IMG/VR virus record: IMGVR_UViG_3300028127_000003
DNA length: 64,000 nucleotides
Strand: one strand, 5' to 3'
Source of the DNA: a virus
In this document: positions 49,587-64,000 of the stretch, piece after piece
Numbering within the stretch: position 1 is the first letter of the stretch
Layout: each line of letters starts with the position of its first letter
Notes under the pieces: generated by a model
The model's input: the letters and a program-made list of their open reading frames with translations, nothing else
Told to the model about the DNA's origin: nothing
Databases searched by the model: none
Position numbers and translations under genes: made by a program

Positions 49587-50540
49587 TTATTCTTTTATTT
49601 CGAATCGTTCGCTGTCAAGTTCTATAGTTTTTTTATCTAAATCATTAGATAATTTTGTTAGGGCCTTGTCAGTATCTTTGTTTACTTCTCTTCCGTAAAA
49701 GTCTTTAAATATTTTACGGTATATTTGCACAGTAGAATCATAAGGAACTCCAGGTTGAGAATTACTTTCTATAATATACAATTTTCCTTCTTGATCTTCC
49801 ATTATATCAAAACATATATATGGTAAATCTTTAAACTTATCACAGAATTTTTCTATTAGTGTTTTAAATTTTTCAGGAAGAGTTGTAATATCTCTTTTGA
49901 TATATTTAAAATTCATTTCTTCTTTTCCGTCACCATCACCTGATTTTGCTTTATCATTTAATGGTTCTCTTTCCATCCAAAAGAAAGCATCTCCTTTAAA
50001 GTTAATTATTCTATGCTCTGATTTCTTATCTACGAATTCGGAATATACGTCAAATTTAGAATGATCAGCTTTATCCCAATCTTCCTGAGATTTAAAAACC
50101 TGAATTCCAATACCTGAATGTCCTTCAGCTGGCTTTGCAATTAATGGAAAACCAATTTCTAAAGCTTCTTTCTCGTCATGGCATGTTTGTGGAATGTTTT
50201 CATCTCCATCGACTATTTTATGAAACTCTGCCTTAGATCCAGATTGCTTAATGAATTCTGGTCTATTATATACATTTTCTTTTTTAACTAATCCTTCCTT
50301 TAAAAGGGTTTCAACTACTCCTGAATTATAGGTTAATATAGGATAGTCTGGATTAATATCTATGTCTTTATAATTGTCTTTATTGATTTGTATAAAGAAA
50401 TTATCTGACGCAAATCCTTTATAAGACCACCACCTGTGACCTGAGTCGGGATCAATTGCTAGATAAACTTTAAAAAGATCATTAGTATCTTCGTTTAGGC
50501 TTTCGTTAATAAATTGGTTGAATGATTGTATTTGCTTCAT
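49587..50540 (-). CDS. ATP-grasp fold protein with capsid-targeting-like N-terminus
   Basis: MKQIQSFNQFINE start; SKAEFH, FPLIAKPAEGHSGIGI, YSEFVD..SEHR, ICFDIM...LYIIESNSQPG. Confidence 0.8.
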   Translation of the reverse strand: MKQIQSFNQFINESLNEDTNDLFKVYLAIDPDSGHRWWSYKGFASDNFFIQINKDNYKDIDINPDYPILTYNSGVVETLLKEGLVKKENVYNRPEFIKQSGSKAEFHKIVDGDENIPQTCHDEKEALEIGFPLIAKPAEGHSGIGIQVFKSQEDWDKADHSKFDVYSEFVDKKSEHRIINFKGDAFFWMEREPLNDKAKSGDGDGKEEMNFKYIKRDITTLPEKFKTLIEKFCDKFKDLPYICFDIMEDQEGKLYIIESNSQPGVPYDSTVQIYRKIFKDFYGREVNKDTDKALTKLSNDLDKKTIELDSERFEIKE

Positions 50541-50547
50541 ATTCTAT

Positions 50548-51165
50548 TTATCCACTCATCTTACAGAAACTTACAGTAATATACCTTGTTCCTGAAAAAA
50601 TAGGCTTTGCACCGTGTCTATGTGTAATTGCACCTGGGTGTAAAGCTGCCATTCCAACTCTAGGAGGACTAATATTTGCCTTATATAATGGGAAATAAGT
50701 TCCACCTCCTGTAAAATCTTCATTCATTCTAACAACAGTTGTTAAATGGCTATTATCATGGTGAAGAGAAAGGTGCGCTTGTGTTTCTGTAGTATACTTT
50801 ACAATAAATGTTTCATCTGACATAGAATTCCACTGCTTTCCTTCTAAAGTCCAGAACCATATTCCTAATGGCCTAACAAATTCGTTAAGAACCTTTGAGT
50901 AAATTTCATTCATCCATACTTTGTCAATGAGCATGTCGGTTGTTGGATAAAATTCATGTCTATCTACTGTCCATTCTCCTTCAGTTTCACATAGTTCAAT
51001 TAGATCTTTACAAAACTGTTCTTTAAATAAAGGAAATACTAAAACACTCGGAGCCGCTTCGTCAACTATGAGTTCATATTCTCCTTTTCTTAAAAGGGGA
51101 TCGATGTATTTGTCACACCATGCATCCCAATCGCTTGCATCTAAAATTTCTACGTATTTTCCCAT
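50548..51165 (-). CDS. 2OG-Fe(II) dioxygenase of the procollagen lysyl hydroxylase (PLOD C-terminal) type
   Basis: VFPLF...FC..LI, YPTTD, FIVKY...Q..L.LHHD.S..T....N..F.GGGT.F, G.A.LHPG..TH.H...P..SGTRYI.VSF parallel the PLOD catalytic domain. Confidence 0.85.
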   Translation of the reverse strand: MGKYVEILDASDWDAWCDKYIDPLLRKGEYELIVDEAAPSVLVFPLFKEQFCKDLIELCETEGEWTVDRHEFYPTTDMLIDKVWMNEIYSKVLNEFVRPLGIWFWTLEGKQWNSMSDETFIVKYTTETQAHLSLHHDNSHLTTVVRMNEDFTGGGTYFPLYKANISPPRVGMAALHPGAITHRHGAKPIFSGTRYITVSFCKMSG

Positions 51166-53039
51166 TATTTTACTTTTTCTAATTTAGTTACTTTTTTTTC
51201 AACTCCTGATTTTTCAGCGTATGTTTCGTTAGCAACTCCTTCTTCTTCTCCATATCTTGACTCTGCTGAGATAGGATAGTCAGGGCTTTCATTATATGCC
51301 CAATCTTCTATTCCTAATTCAATAAATCTAGCGTTGATTTGTTCATTATAATATTGTGCTATTGTTCTAACTCTTCTTTGAATGTCTGCTCTTGATAAAT
51401 CATGAGTGTTTCTTCCACCTTGATTATTATAGAGAAATTGAATATAGCTTAGTTTAGGTATTTTACATATCTTAGAATATAGGAAGCTTCTGATCACTAA
51501 TTCAAAATCATCTGCAATTGTTAGACTTCTGTTATGTCCTCCTATTTCAAAATAAGTAGATCTTCTCCATGCTCTAACGTGATTTGGAACTCCTACAATA
51601 TGTCTGATTGTTTTTGGATTAATATTCTGTTGATTAGCAGGTGACAACATTCTACCTTCATACTCTTCTTCTCTATAAGAACCATATCCTAATGCAAACC
51701 CTTCTCCATATCTTTGATTTTCCCACTCTTCATTTACCTCGGCAGTATCTCCATAAAACATACCACAATCAGGATGTGCCTGTGCAGCATTATGTAAATC
51801 TTCTGCACATGTTTTAACCAATAAGTCATCATGGTCTAATTCTGCTAGAATATATCCTTTAGCAAGAGAACAACATCTGTATTTAGATTCTCCAATACAT
51901 CCTCCTGATTTTTCTCTAAAATCATACACCTTTACTCTTGGATCTACTAACGCAATTTCTTCTGCTATCTTTAAAGTTTTACCTCCATCGGTGGAATCAT
52001 TTACTAAAACCCATTCCCAGTTATTATACGTCTGATCTCTTACGGATCTATATGTGTTCCATAACTTTTCACCAGTATTATATATAGGCGTAAAGAATGA
52101 AATCATCTGATCATCTTCTAGGTTAGAAGGAGATAGAATAGAATTCATTGCTACGGAATATGCAGTGTTTCCTATATTTTCCGTGTTCTCAGAATTAAAC
52201 CACCTTTTTCTAAATTGGAGAGGAAGAGAAGCTAGGTTAGGAAACTCTTTCCATGATTCTCCATTTGTAATAATTGCATCAGGATTAAACGACGTAACTG
52301 CGTTAATTACTTCACTATCGTCTTCTAAGTATTTAACGTCTAATTCATCTGCTTCATACGATAAATATTTTATAGACTTTAATTCTGGCTTAGTTTTTCC
52401 TATATAAATTATTTTAGGTATTTTTGCACTTGGTACTTTTTCTAAATAATTGTAGTGGCATAAAACCTTGTCAATCCATACGAATGAATCACCATGTGTT
52501 TTTAATACTTCTTCTATAAAGAAACCGTCTGCTGCATAATTTGCACTAAACGAATGAGTATCAAATATGCTTCTATTAATAACCATCTGTGCAATGTCAA
52601 TTTTCTGAAATGCAGTATTTTCACGACTAGCTACTCTAATTTCTTGTCCGGTAAAATCTCTACCTGCAACTAATTGAGAAACGATATGAACCTGTGCAAT
52701 TGGAAGATTCTTTATACTCGCTTTAATAGTTTTGTAAAAGTCTTCGTGTATAATGTTATCATCATCTAGTAAATAGATCCAACCTGATTTGATTGTTCTA
52801 ATAATATCAGAAACTTCAGGATATAATAATCCTCCTCTTTGTCCTTTTACAAAATGTAATTTGACATTGACAGTATCTGTTAAGTTCGAGAGAACCTCTG
52901 CATCAATATCCTTTAATGCTCCTGTATCAAATACAATGTGCCAATTTACTGTTACTCCCTTAGGCGCATTTAATACTCCTTCTTTAATTGTTAAAAGGTT
53001 ACTTGTTCTGGTACACCTTGTAATAATATTAATCTTCAT
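51165..53039 (-). CDS. Two-domain GT-A/GT2 glycosyltransferase
   Basis: N-domain WIYLLDDDN; C-domain ISFFTPIYNT, WEWVLVNDS, LAELDHDD, DDFELVIR. Confidence 0.85.
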   Translation of the reverse strand: MKINIITRCTRTSNLLTIKEGVLNAPKGVTVNWHIVFDTGALKDIDAEVLSNLTDTVNVKLHFVKGQRGGLLYPEVSDIIRTIKSGWIYLLDDDNIIHEDFYKTIKASIKNLPIAQVHIVSQLVAGRDFTGQEIRVASRENTAFQKIDIAQMVINRSIFDTHSFSANYAADGFFIEEVLKTHGDSFVWIDKVLCHYNYLEKVPSAKIPKIIYIGKTKPELKSIKYLSYEADELDVKYLEDDSEVINAVTSFNPDAIITNGESWKEFPNLASLPLQFRKRWFNSENTENIGNTAYSVAMNSILSPSNLEDDQMISFFTPIYNTGEKLWNTYRSVRDQTYNNWEWVLVNDSTDGGKTLKIAEEIALVDPRVKVYDFREKSGGCIGESKYRCCSLAKGYILAELDHDDLLVKTCAEDLHNAAQAHPDCGMFYGDTAEVNEEWENQRYGEGFALGYGSYREEEYEGRMLSPANQQNINPKTIRHIVGVPNHVRAWRRSTYFEIGGHNRSLTIADDFELVIRSFLYSKICKIPKLSYIQFLYNNQGGRNTHDLSRADIQRRVRTIAQYYNEQINARFIELGIEDWAYNESPDYPISAESRYGEEEGVANETYAEKSGVEKKVTKLEKVK

Positions 53040-53053
53040 ATTTATATTTGTTT

Positions 53054-53986
53054 TTATACGTCAAAAAAGAACATGTGAAAAAATCTAGCATTGTCAATTG
53101 CATCTCCAAAATACTGAGTCGCAGCGTGGATATTTTTAGCATTAAACAAGACTAATCTATTATACACATTTCCTACTTCATCTATTTTTTCAAAATTAGA
53201 TCCATCGTAAAAATTCATTTCATTACTATTACCCTTGAATGCATCTATGTATGCTTGGGTTTTTCTTTTATCGTCATCGAATGTATAATCACCCGTGACT
53301 TTACTTCTATAGAACGCAGTTCCAGATGTAGGTGGAGCGTCAGGTGTTAAATATACCATTGCTGCATAAGTTTGATTATCCACGTGATAAACAATCTGTT
53401 GATCTGCTGTACAAAATTGAAATATTCCGTTAGCATACCTGTCGTGATTCCAATTGAATATTGGTTTTCCTATAATTTCTTCTAGTTTTTCTTTAGTTCC
53501 ATCTAAGATAAATCTTTCATTTGCTCTTTGGCCCTTGTGATAATCGGAAGGTGTAAATTCTAAATGGTTCATTGCCCATTCTCTTACAAGGTCAGGATCA
53601 TTATAAAAATTATCTACTACTATAACATCCTTTGATGTATTTGCAAATCCTGAATGATACGATAACCAGTGTCCGATTGGACCTATTGCAGTTTCTCCAA
53701 TACTAGTATGGATGACTAGTGTTTTTAGTTTTTTATCAAAAGGAACCTCAATAGTAAATGACATATTCTGATTAGTAAGCTGATTTGAATATACTTCCAT
53801 TACGTCTTGCCTATCACCTAAAAATTGAACTTTAAGAGGTTCATTTGACATTGAAAAGCCTAAAGCTTCTCCGCCTATTAATCCAACCCATCCATTAAGA
53901 GTATATGTGTCTGTATTCTTAGTTACGCTTTCCACATAGAATTTTACATTCTTGTTAAACGTATCATGTTTGATTTTATTATCCAT
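53054..53986 (-). CDS. 2OG-Fe(II) dioxygenase (DUF6445-like) with N-terminal extra domain
   Basis: VIVVDNFYNDPD, YHVD, AAMVYLTPDAP..SGT.FY, YNRLVLF...IHAA, R.F.MFFF. Confidence 0.75.
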   Translation of the reverse strand: MDNKIKHDTFNKNVKFYVESVTKNTDTYTLNGWVGLIGGEALGFSMSNEPLKVQFLGDRQDVMEVYSNQLTNQNMSFTIEVPFDKKLKTLVIHTSIGETAIGPIGHWLSYHSGFANTSKDVIVVDNFYNDPDLVREWAMNHLEFTPSDYHKGQRANERFILDGTKEKLEEIIGKPIFNWNHDRYANGIFQFCTADQQIVYHVDNQTYAAMVYLTPDAPPTSGTAFYRSKVTGDYTFDDDKRKTQAYIDAFKGNSNEMNFYDGSNFEKIDEVGNVYNRLVLFNAKNIHAATQYFGDAIDNARFFHMFFFDV

Positions 53987-54007
53987 CGATTGTGTTCTAT
54001 AATATTA

Positions 54008-54034
54008 GTTATACTTAGATATTTTAAATTGTTT
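54008..54034 (-). promoter_or_regulatory. Bipartite promoter motif AAACWWTT-N13-TATARY
   Basis: AAACAATT-TAAAATATCTAAG-TATAAC, upstream of the dioxygenase-GT-PLOD operon. Confidence 0.7.
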
Positions 54035-54068
54035 ACTAAGTGTAATAAGATAATAAGTTATTACAATC

Positions 54069-54076
54069 TATATATC
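54069..54076 (-). promoter_or_regulatory. Candidate late promoter RATATATA
   Basis: GATATATA immediately after the collagen terminator, upstream of the dioxygenase-GT-PLOD operon, in tandem with the bipartite motif. Confidence 0.55.
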
Positions 54077-54080
54077 ACAT

Positions 54081-54110
54081 AAAAAAAGGGTCCTCTTTCG
54101 AGGACCCTTT
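54081..54110 (-). terminator. Intrinsic terminator after the collagen fibre gene
   Basis: AAAGGGTCCTC-GAAA-GAGGACCCTTT plus T-run; GNRA loop. Confidence 0.88.
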
Positions 54111-54134
54111 CTAAAATTATCTTGATGATTTAAA

Positions 54135-59693
<5,559 letters not shown>

Positions 59694-59713
59694 GTTTTAA
59701 TAATTTATTTTTT

Positions 59714-60490
59714 TTAGTCGTCTAGATTACTTTTGTCGTATACTACTTCAAACTGATCAGTTCCAGCAAGCTCATAACCTGCAAGAGTTCCGTTCCAGTA
59801 AAGTGTATCTCCAGCATCTAAGTCAGAAGCAGGAACAGCAGTTGCACCACCGTCTCTTGAGAAATATACGTCTCCGTTTCTATCATTATAAGATTCGTCA
59901 AGTGCTATACCGTTTAAGAATACTTGAACTGTTGAATCTTGGAAAGGAGTATACGTTAGTGTAAGTCCTGTTGATGAGTAATTACCTGAAGTTACAGCAG
60001 AGAACGAAGTCTGTGTGAATTCTTCTGGTTGAATTAGGTCTGTTGGCGACTGCGATGGTCTCCATGGAAGAACATGACCCACTGTTTCTGTTAATGCTTG
60101 TAAAACAGGATTGCTGTATGCAAAACCTGGATCACCAGTATTAACGTAATCTTCTAAAGTACCGTTACCTGAGTTATCTACAACGTAGAAATCTCCGGGA
60201 ACTAACTGGTCCAATTTAGGCCATGCTGAAACGTTAATAGTTCCAACTTGCACAGCGATAAAATTGTCCGCGTCTACAATAGATTCGATGATTAATCTTC
60301 CTAGCTTGTTAGCAGTGCTTGAATCAGCTAACACCCATCTAGAACCCACATAAGCTATAACAACTCCAGCAGAAAAACCGTGGTCTTCCTGTGTGTAAGC
60401 TGATTTAAGCGAACCTGATTCAATGCTGGTGTTAATAAGATCAAGAGCAGCCTGTAAGCCGTCAATTTGCTTGATTTTAATTAATGACAT
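59714..60490 (-). CDS. Fibre-associated structural/adaptor protein
   Basis: HGFSAG.V...W.LAD beta-clip-like segment and C-terminal VQVFLNG domain; co-transcribed with the collagen gene. Confidence 0.55.
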   Translation of the reverse strand: MSLIKIKQIDGLQAALDLINTSIESGSLKSAYTQEDHGFSAGVVIAYVGSRWVLADSSTANKLGRLIIESIVDADNFIAVQVGTINVSAWPKLDQLVPGDFYVVDNSGNGTLEDYVNTGDPGFAYSNPVLQALTETVGHVLPWRPSQSPTDLIQPEEFTQTSFSAVTSGNYSSTGLTLTYTPFQDSTVQVFLNGIALDESYNDRNGDVYFSRDGGATAVPASDLDAGDTLYWNGTLAGYELAGTDQFEVVYDKSNLDD

Positions 60491-60545
60491 GAATAGTTAC
60501 ATTTTTTTTTATTTATTTTAAATGTGGAATAATTCCACTCAATCT

Positions 60546-60553
60546 TATATATT
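60546..60553 (-). promoter_or_regulatory. Candidate late promoter RATATATA
   Basis: AATATATA 55 nt before ATG 60490 (adaptor-collagen unit). Confidence 0.5.
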
Positions 60554-60609
60554 ATAAATTGATGGGATAAAGGTCCCAGAATCTATAGTATAAGATATTA
60601 TTTTACGTA

Positions 60610-61380
60610 TTAAAAATCCCACTTATCTGTAAAGTGACATCTTACGTATGTTGGTCGGTTCATTACTGCTCCGCCTTTATGATTTTCTCTGAATCTTACG
60701 TTGAAATCTGAATCTTCACTTACGTTACCCCAAGTATCTCTCCATAAAACAGATGCAGATGGTTTATGCATAAACAACCAAGGACTCATTACTACTAAAC
60801 CTTCCTTTATTCTTGTTATGTTCCACTTTCCTTCAACATCTGGAAGTTCTTCACCATATTCTGTAGAATCTTCAAATGTTTTATCGTCTTTAAATTTCAT
60901 TACTTCGTTATCGTACCAAGATCTGTTAATCCACCAATTAGCGTCAGGGTTTTTATTAAACTCTATCATTAGGTGTAGTGTATGTTCTTCTAATAACATA
61001 TCGTCTGAATCCATATATGTAATTAAATTTCCAGTTGCGGCTCCTACTCCTACTCTACGAGGAAAACCTCTATAATATTTGTTGCCTTCTTCGTTTTGCA
61101 TATATGTACTCATTTCTTTTGAGTTTCTAGAAACGTATATTAATCTTATGTTATCTTCAGTTTGAAAATGAGCATCATATAGTGACTTTGTTTCCATGCA
61201 ATTGTCTGCTACTATTATTAATTCACAGTTTTTATATAATTGATTTTGAAAACTCTGGACTGCTCTTAAAAATTTAGAATGTGAATCTTTCCTAGATCCT
61301 GGATAATTACCAAGATATGATTGCATGATAATACTAATCTTTGGCTTTGCAGCCGCTTCAATTACTTCTTTTAATTCCAT
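60610..61380 (-). CDS. GT2-family glycosyltransferase
   Basis: KISIIMQSY, CELIIVADN, RRVGVGAATGNLITYMDSDD, SEDSDF. Confidence 0.82.
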   Translation of the reverse strand: MELKEVIEAAAKPKISIIMQSYLGNYPGSRKDSHSKFLRAVQSFQNQLYKNCELIIVADNCMETKSLYDAHFQTEDNIRLIYVSRNSKEMSTYMQNEEGNKYYRGFPRRVGVGAATGNLITYMDSDDMLLEEHTLHLMIEFNKNPDANWWINRSWYDNEVMKFKDDKTFEDSTEYGEELPDVEGKWNITRIKEGLVVMSPWLFMHKPSASVLWRDTWGNVSEDSDFNVRFRENHKGGAVMNRPTYVRCHFTDKWDF

Positions 61381-61392
61381 TATTTATTATGT

Positions 61393-62580
61393 TTATTTAT
61401 ATAGGTTTGTTGACCAGTCATATTCGTTTGATAGAGCATGTTTTCCTGGTTCAAAAATATTCTCTATTAGTTTTTTATATGTATCTACGATGTTAGGATT
61501 TGTTGTAAGATATCTTGAAAGAACCTTTGTGCTTTTTGCTGTATATTCCTTTTCTATCTCATCATGATGATTTAATACATTCTCTAACATCTTTGCAGCT
61601 GACACTGTATCGAATCCTTTATAATAATACCCTGCATCCTTTATCATTGTTGCGTTATGAACTAAAGGATATCCAAAATAAAGAGCGTCTAAATATGCAT
61701 AGTTTAAAGGATTATCCCATTGATGTGAAAGAACTATATCCGTTTTCTCAGAAAGAAAATTAGTTACTGGGTACCTTGAGCACATTTTTAATTTACCGGA
61801 ATGAGTTACATCTAAGTGTTTAATGGAACTAATAAAGTATTTACTAGATAATAATCTTTTACCACTTCCTACCCAAAATTCATTGAACGCCTTTTTACCC
61901 TTTTTTCTGTATAGTTCTTCTACCATCATGATAAGAGGCATACAATATTTAACTACATTCATATTAGGTTCCATTGAAGATAGGTTCATATCTTCTGCAT
62001 TCTTGCCTCCTTTATAGAATGCGTCTTTCATACCATTTCTGACGTTTTTAGAATTTTCTTCTTTTATAAACTTAGGACTCCATACAAATGGAACCACTTT
62101 AACCTTGTCAGCAGAAAGCCTTCCCATTGTTTGATAGTATGATCTATTTTGATATTCCTGCTGTGGAATAAACCATGCTTCATCGTGGCCATGCGTCCAA
62201 TTACTTACAGATTCTTTAGAATCAAATAAGACTCTTTCCATATCTATAATATAATTATTACCGCAAAAGTATTTAATAATCTTAATTTTAGGATTCTTTT
62301 TTCTAACGGCGACTGTTTGCTCGGTACTAAATGAAGTTCCTAGAAGTATTAATAAATCCGTTGAATTTACTTTATCTGCATATTTATAAATAGGATATTT
62401 AGAAGTGTCCCAATCTACCTTTGACAGATCTTTAACTTTATTACTAGTGTCTAACGCATATACACTATGATCTCCTATTTCAGAAAGAGTTTCAATTAAA
62501 TTTAATACATTTAATTTGATTCCATTTATCCAAAGAGATTCATTATCCTGTTGTAATCCTAGTGTAATTCCAATGTTCAT
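61393..62580 (-). CDS. DUF2827-like putative glycosyltransferase (start moved to MNIGIT)
   Basis: SLWINGI, PFVWSP, MEPN.NVVK, SHQWDNPLNY.YLDALY.GYPLVHN; the ORF-track extension lies in a terminator. Confidence 0.7.
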   Translation of the reverse strand: MNIGITLGLQQDNESLWINGIKLNVLNLIETLSEIGDHSVYALDTSNKVKDLSKVDWDTSKYPIYKYADKVNSTDLLILLGTSFSTEQTVAVRKKNPKIKIIKYFCGNNYIIDMERVLFDSKESVSNWTHGHDEAWFIPQQEYQNRSYYQTMGRLSADKVKVVPFVWSPKFIKEENSKNVRNGMKDAFYKGGKNAEDMNLSSMEPNMNVVKYCMPLIMMVEELYRKKGKKAFNEFWVGSGKRLLSSKYFISSIKHLDVTHSGKLKMCSRYPVTNFLSEKTDIVLSHQWDNPLNYAYLDALYFGYPLVHNATMIKDAGYYYKGFDTVSAAKMLENVLNHHDEIEKEYTAKSTKVLSRYLTTNPNIVDTYKKLIENIFEPGKHALSNEYDWSTNLYK

Positions 62581-62603
62581 GTTAAACCGATATTTTGTTT
62601 TAC

Positions 62604-62611
62604 TATATATT
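62604..62611 (-). promoter_or_regulatory. Candidate late promoter RATATATA
   Basis: AATATATA just after a terminator, 23 nt before ATG 62580. Confidence 0.58.
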
Positions 62612-62617
62612 TTAAAT

Positions 62618-62646
62618 AAAAAAGGCTCCTCTTCCGAGGAGCCTTT
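62618..62646 (-). terminator. Intrinsic terminator after the coiled-coil fibre gene
   Basis: AAAGGCTCCTC-GGAA-GAGGAGCCTTT plus T-run; GNRA loop. Confidence 0.88.
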
Positions 62647-62689
62647 AATCAATTAAGCATTAAGCTAATAATTTAAACCGAAGTTTAGA

Positions 62690-64000
62690 TTATAGTTTTA
62701 TACCCATAACTTGAACTTTGTCCTTAGCATCAACGTCATAAGCTAATAAGCCTGTGAAATCGATATCAGTTCCACCTGTACATCTGAAGTCAACGAATAC
62801 ACCGTTTACATAAACAGTTAAATCATCGTTAGTTCCGAATGCAACTGGCTGAGGTAAAGTAAATAAGTTAGTTGCAGTAAATACTGCAGTTTGTCTTAGG
62901 TACGTACCACCTTCTTCAACAGCTACTTCTAATGAATCGATAGATGCGTTTATAACATTTACCTCTCCGTTAGTTGTTGCTATCTCAGCAGCTAATTCAG
63001 CAGATAAAGCAGATTCAACAGAACCAGCTCTTGTGATTTCAGCAGCTAAGTCACCTTCAACACCTAATACTCTAGTGTCGATTGAAGTGATGTCACCAGC
63101 TAATTCACCGTCAACAACCTCTAAAGAATTAACTGAAGCAGTTAATAATAAGTTGTCAGCGTCGTTAGCGTCGATCTGTGCTTTTAACTTAGCGTCTTCA
63201 CCAGCTCTATCTTCTTTTTCTTGCTCGATAGCAATCGCTAGATTGTTATCAACAGCTTCTAAAGAATCGATAGATCTGTCTTGTGCGATTTGCTCAGCGT
63301 TAGTTGAAGCGATTTCAGCAGCTAAAGCAACTTCTAAAGAATCAACAGATGCGTCAGTTCTTACTACGAATGCAGCAAAAGCATCATCATTTTCAGTATC
63401 AACAGAGTTGATTAAAGAAACGATTTCAGCGAATGAATCTTTGTCAGCAGTTGAAGCTTCTAAGATTGCATCGATTCTACCTTTTTCTGTAGCGATGTCA
63501 GATGCTAATTCACCATCAACAACCTCTAAAGAGTTTACAGATAATGTTAAGTTAGCGTTGTCTAAATCGTTAGCGTCGATTCTAGAACCTAATGCTAAAT
63601 CAGCAGCAGCTCTTAATCTTGCTTCCTCTTCGATAGAAGATGATAAACCAGCGTCAGCAGCTTCTAAAGAATCAATAGATGCGTTTTGAACAGCTTGCTC
63701 AGCAGCAGTTTCAGCGATCTCAGCAGATAATTCTGCAGATATCTTACCTTCCATTGCAGTTGCTCTGTCGATTTCAGCTTGTAAGTCACCTTCAACACCA
63801 GATACTCTAGTGTCTAATGAAGTGATGTTACCAGCAAAACCATTGTCAACAACTTCTAATGAATCGATAGATGCGTTAACATTGATAAAATCAGCGTTAG
63901 TTGCAGCGATCTCTGCGTTTAAAGCAGCTTCAATAGCATTTTCTCTACCAGTTGCTCTTTCGATTTCAGAAGCTAAGTCACCTTCAACACCTAATACTCT
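62690..64000 (-). CDS. Long acidic coiled-coil repeat fibre protein, 5' end outside the window
   Basis: Frame open from 64000 (RVLGVEGDLASEIERA...); recurring ASIDSLE and AEIxRA repeats; C-terminal LTVYVNGV domain. Confidence 0.8.
   Translation of the reverse strand, partial: RVLGVEGDLASEIERATGRENAIEAALNAEIAATNADFINVNASIDSLEVVDNGFAGNITSLDTRVSGVEGDLQAEIDRATAMEGKISAELSAEIAETAAEQAVQNASIDSLEAADAGLSSSIEEEARLRAAADLALGSRIDANDLDNANLTLSVNSLEVVDGELASDIATEKGRIDAILEASTADKDSFAEIVSLINSVDTENDDAFAAFVVRTDASVDSLEVALAAEIASTNAEQIAQDRSIDSLEAVDNNLAIAIEQEKEDRAGEDAKLKAQIDANDADNLLLTASVNSLEVVDGELAGDITSIDTRVLGVEGDLAAEITRAGSVESALSAELAAEIATTNGEVNVINASIDSLEVAVEEGGTYLRQTAVFTATNLFTLPQPVAFGTNDDLTVYVNGVFVDFRCTGGTDIDFTGLLAYDVDAKDKVQVMGIKL

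Noticed and set aside
61394-61401. Exact T4 late consensus TATAAATA before the GT2 gene
   Set aside because: One instance overlapping a stop codon in AT-rich DNA; the recurrent motif here is RATATATA.
62581-62652. ORF-track N-terminal extension MIKGSSEEEPFL of the DUF2827-like gene
   Set aside because: It runs through the terminator hairpin and late motif; MNIGIT at 62580 is the better start. Similar trimming applied at 44852, 47429 and 48805.
63033-63689. 218-aa plus-strand ORF
   Set aside because: Antisense shadow of the Ala/Ser/Glu-rich repeat fibre; no independent signals.

Overview
64 kb of an AT-rich, T4-like/jumbo myophage genome. Essentially all credible genes lie on the minus strand and read in the standard code; no tRNA, rRNA, CRISPR or integrase was seen. 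The host is probably Bacteroidota, inferred from the MLII-type bS21 and the A-rich starts lacking Shine-Dalgarno motifs. Left half (1-34 kb): tail/baseplate/neck module with two paralogous collar-fibre proteins (one ending in a Hint domain), three very large orphans, gp7-, gp6-, gp25-, gp13-, gp5- and gp53-like genes, an amidoligase and a 4-domain ribosomal protein bS1. Middle (34-50 kb): small accessory genes including dCMP deaminase, UvsE, a C26 amidotransferase, RNase HII, PhoH, bS21, DnaJ, a 3'-5' exonuclease, an ATP-grasp protein and an unlisted 45-aa ArfA-like ORF. Right end (50-64 kb): a PLOD-type lysyl hydroxylase, a second 2OG-Fe(II) dioxygenase and three glycosyltransferases surround a 1852-aa collagen fibre with two near-equal ~260-triplet arms and an S74 chaperone. 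This is a candidate animal-like collagen hydroxylation/glycosylation system. Also visible are six proteins sharing a T4 capsid-targeting-like N-terminus and three recurrent promoter-like motif classes, some placed so that the mRNAs would be leaderless. Functional calls come from recalled motifs, not database searches.
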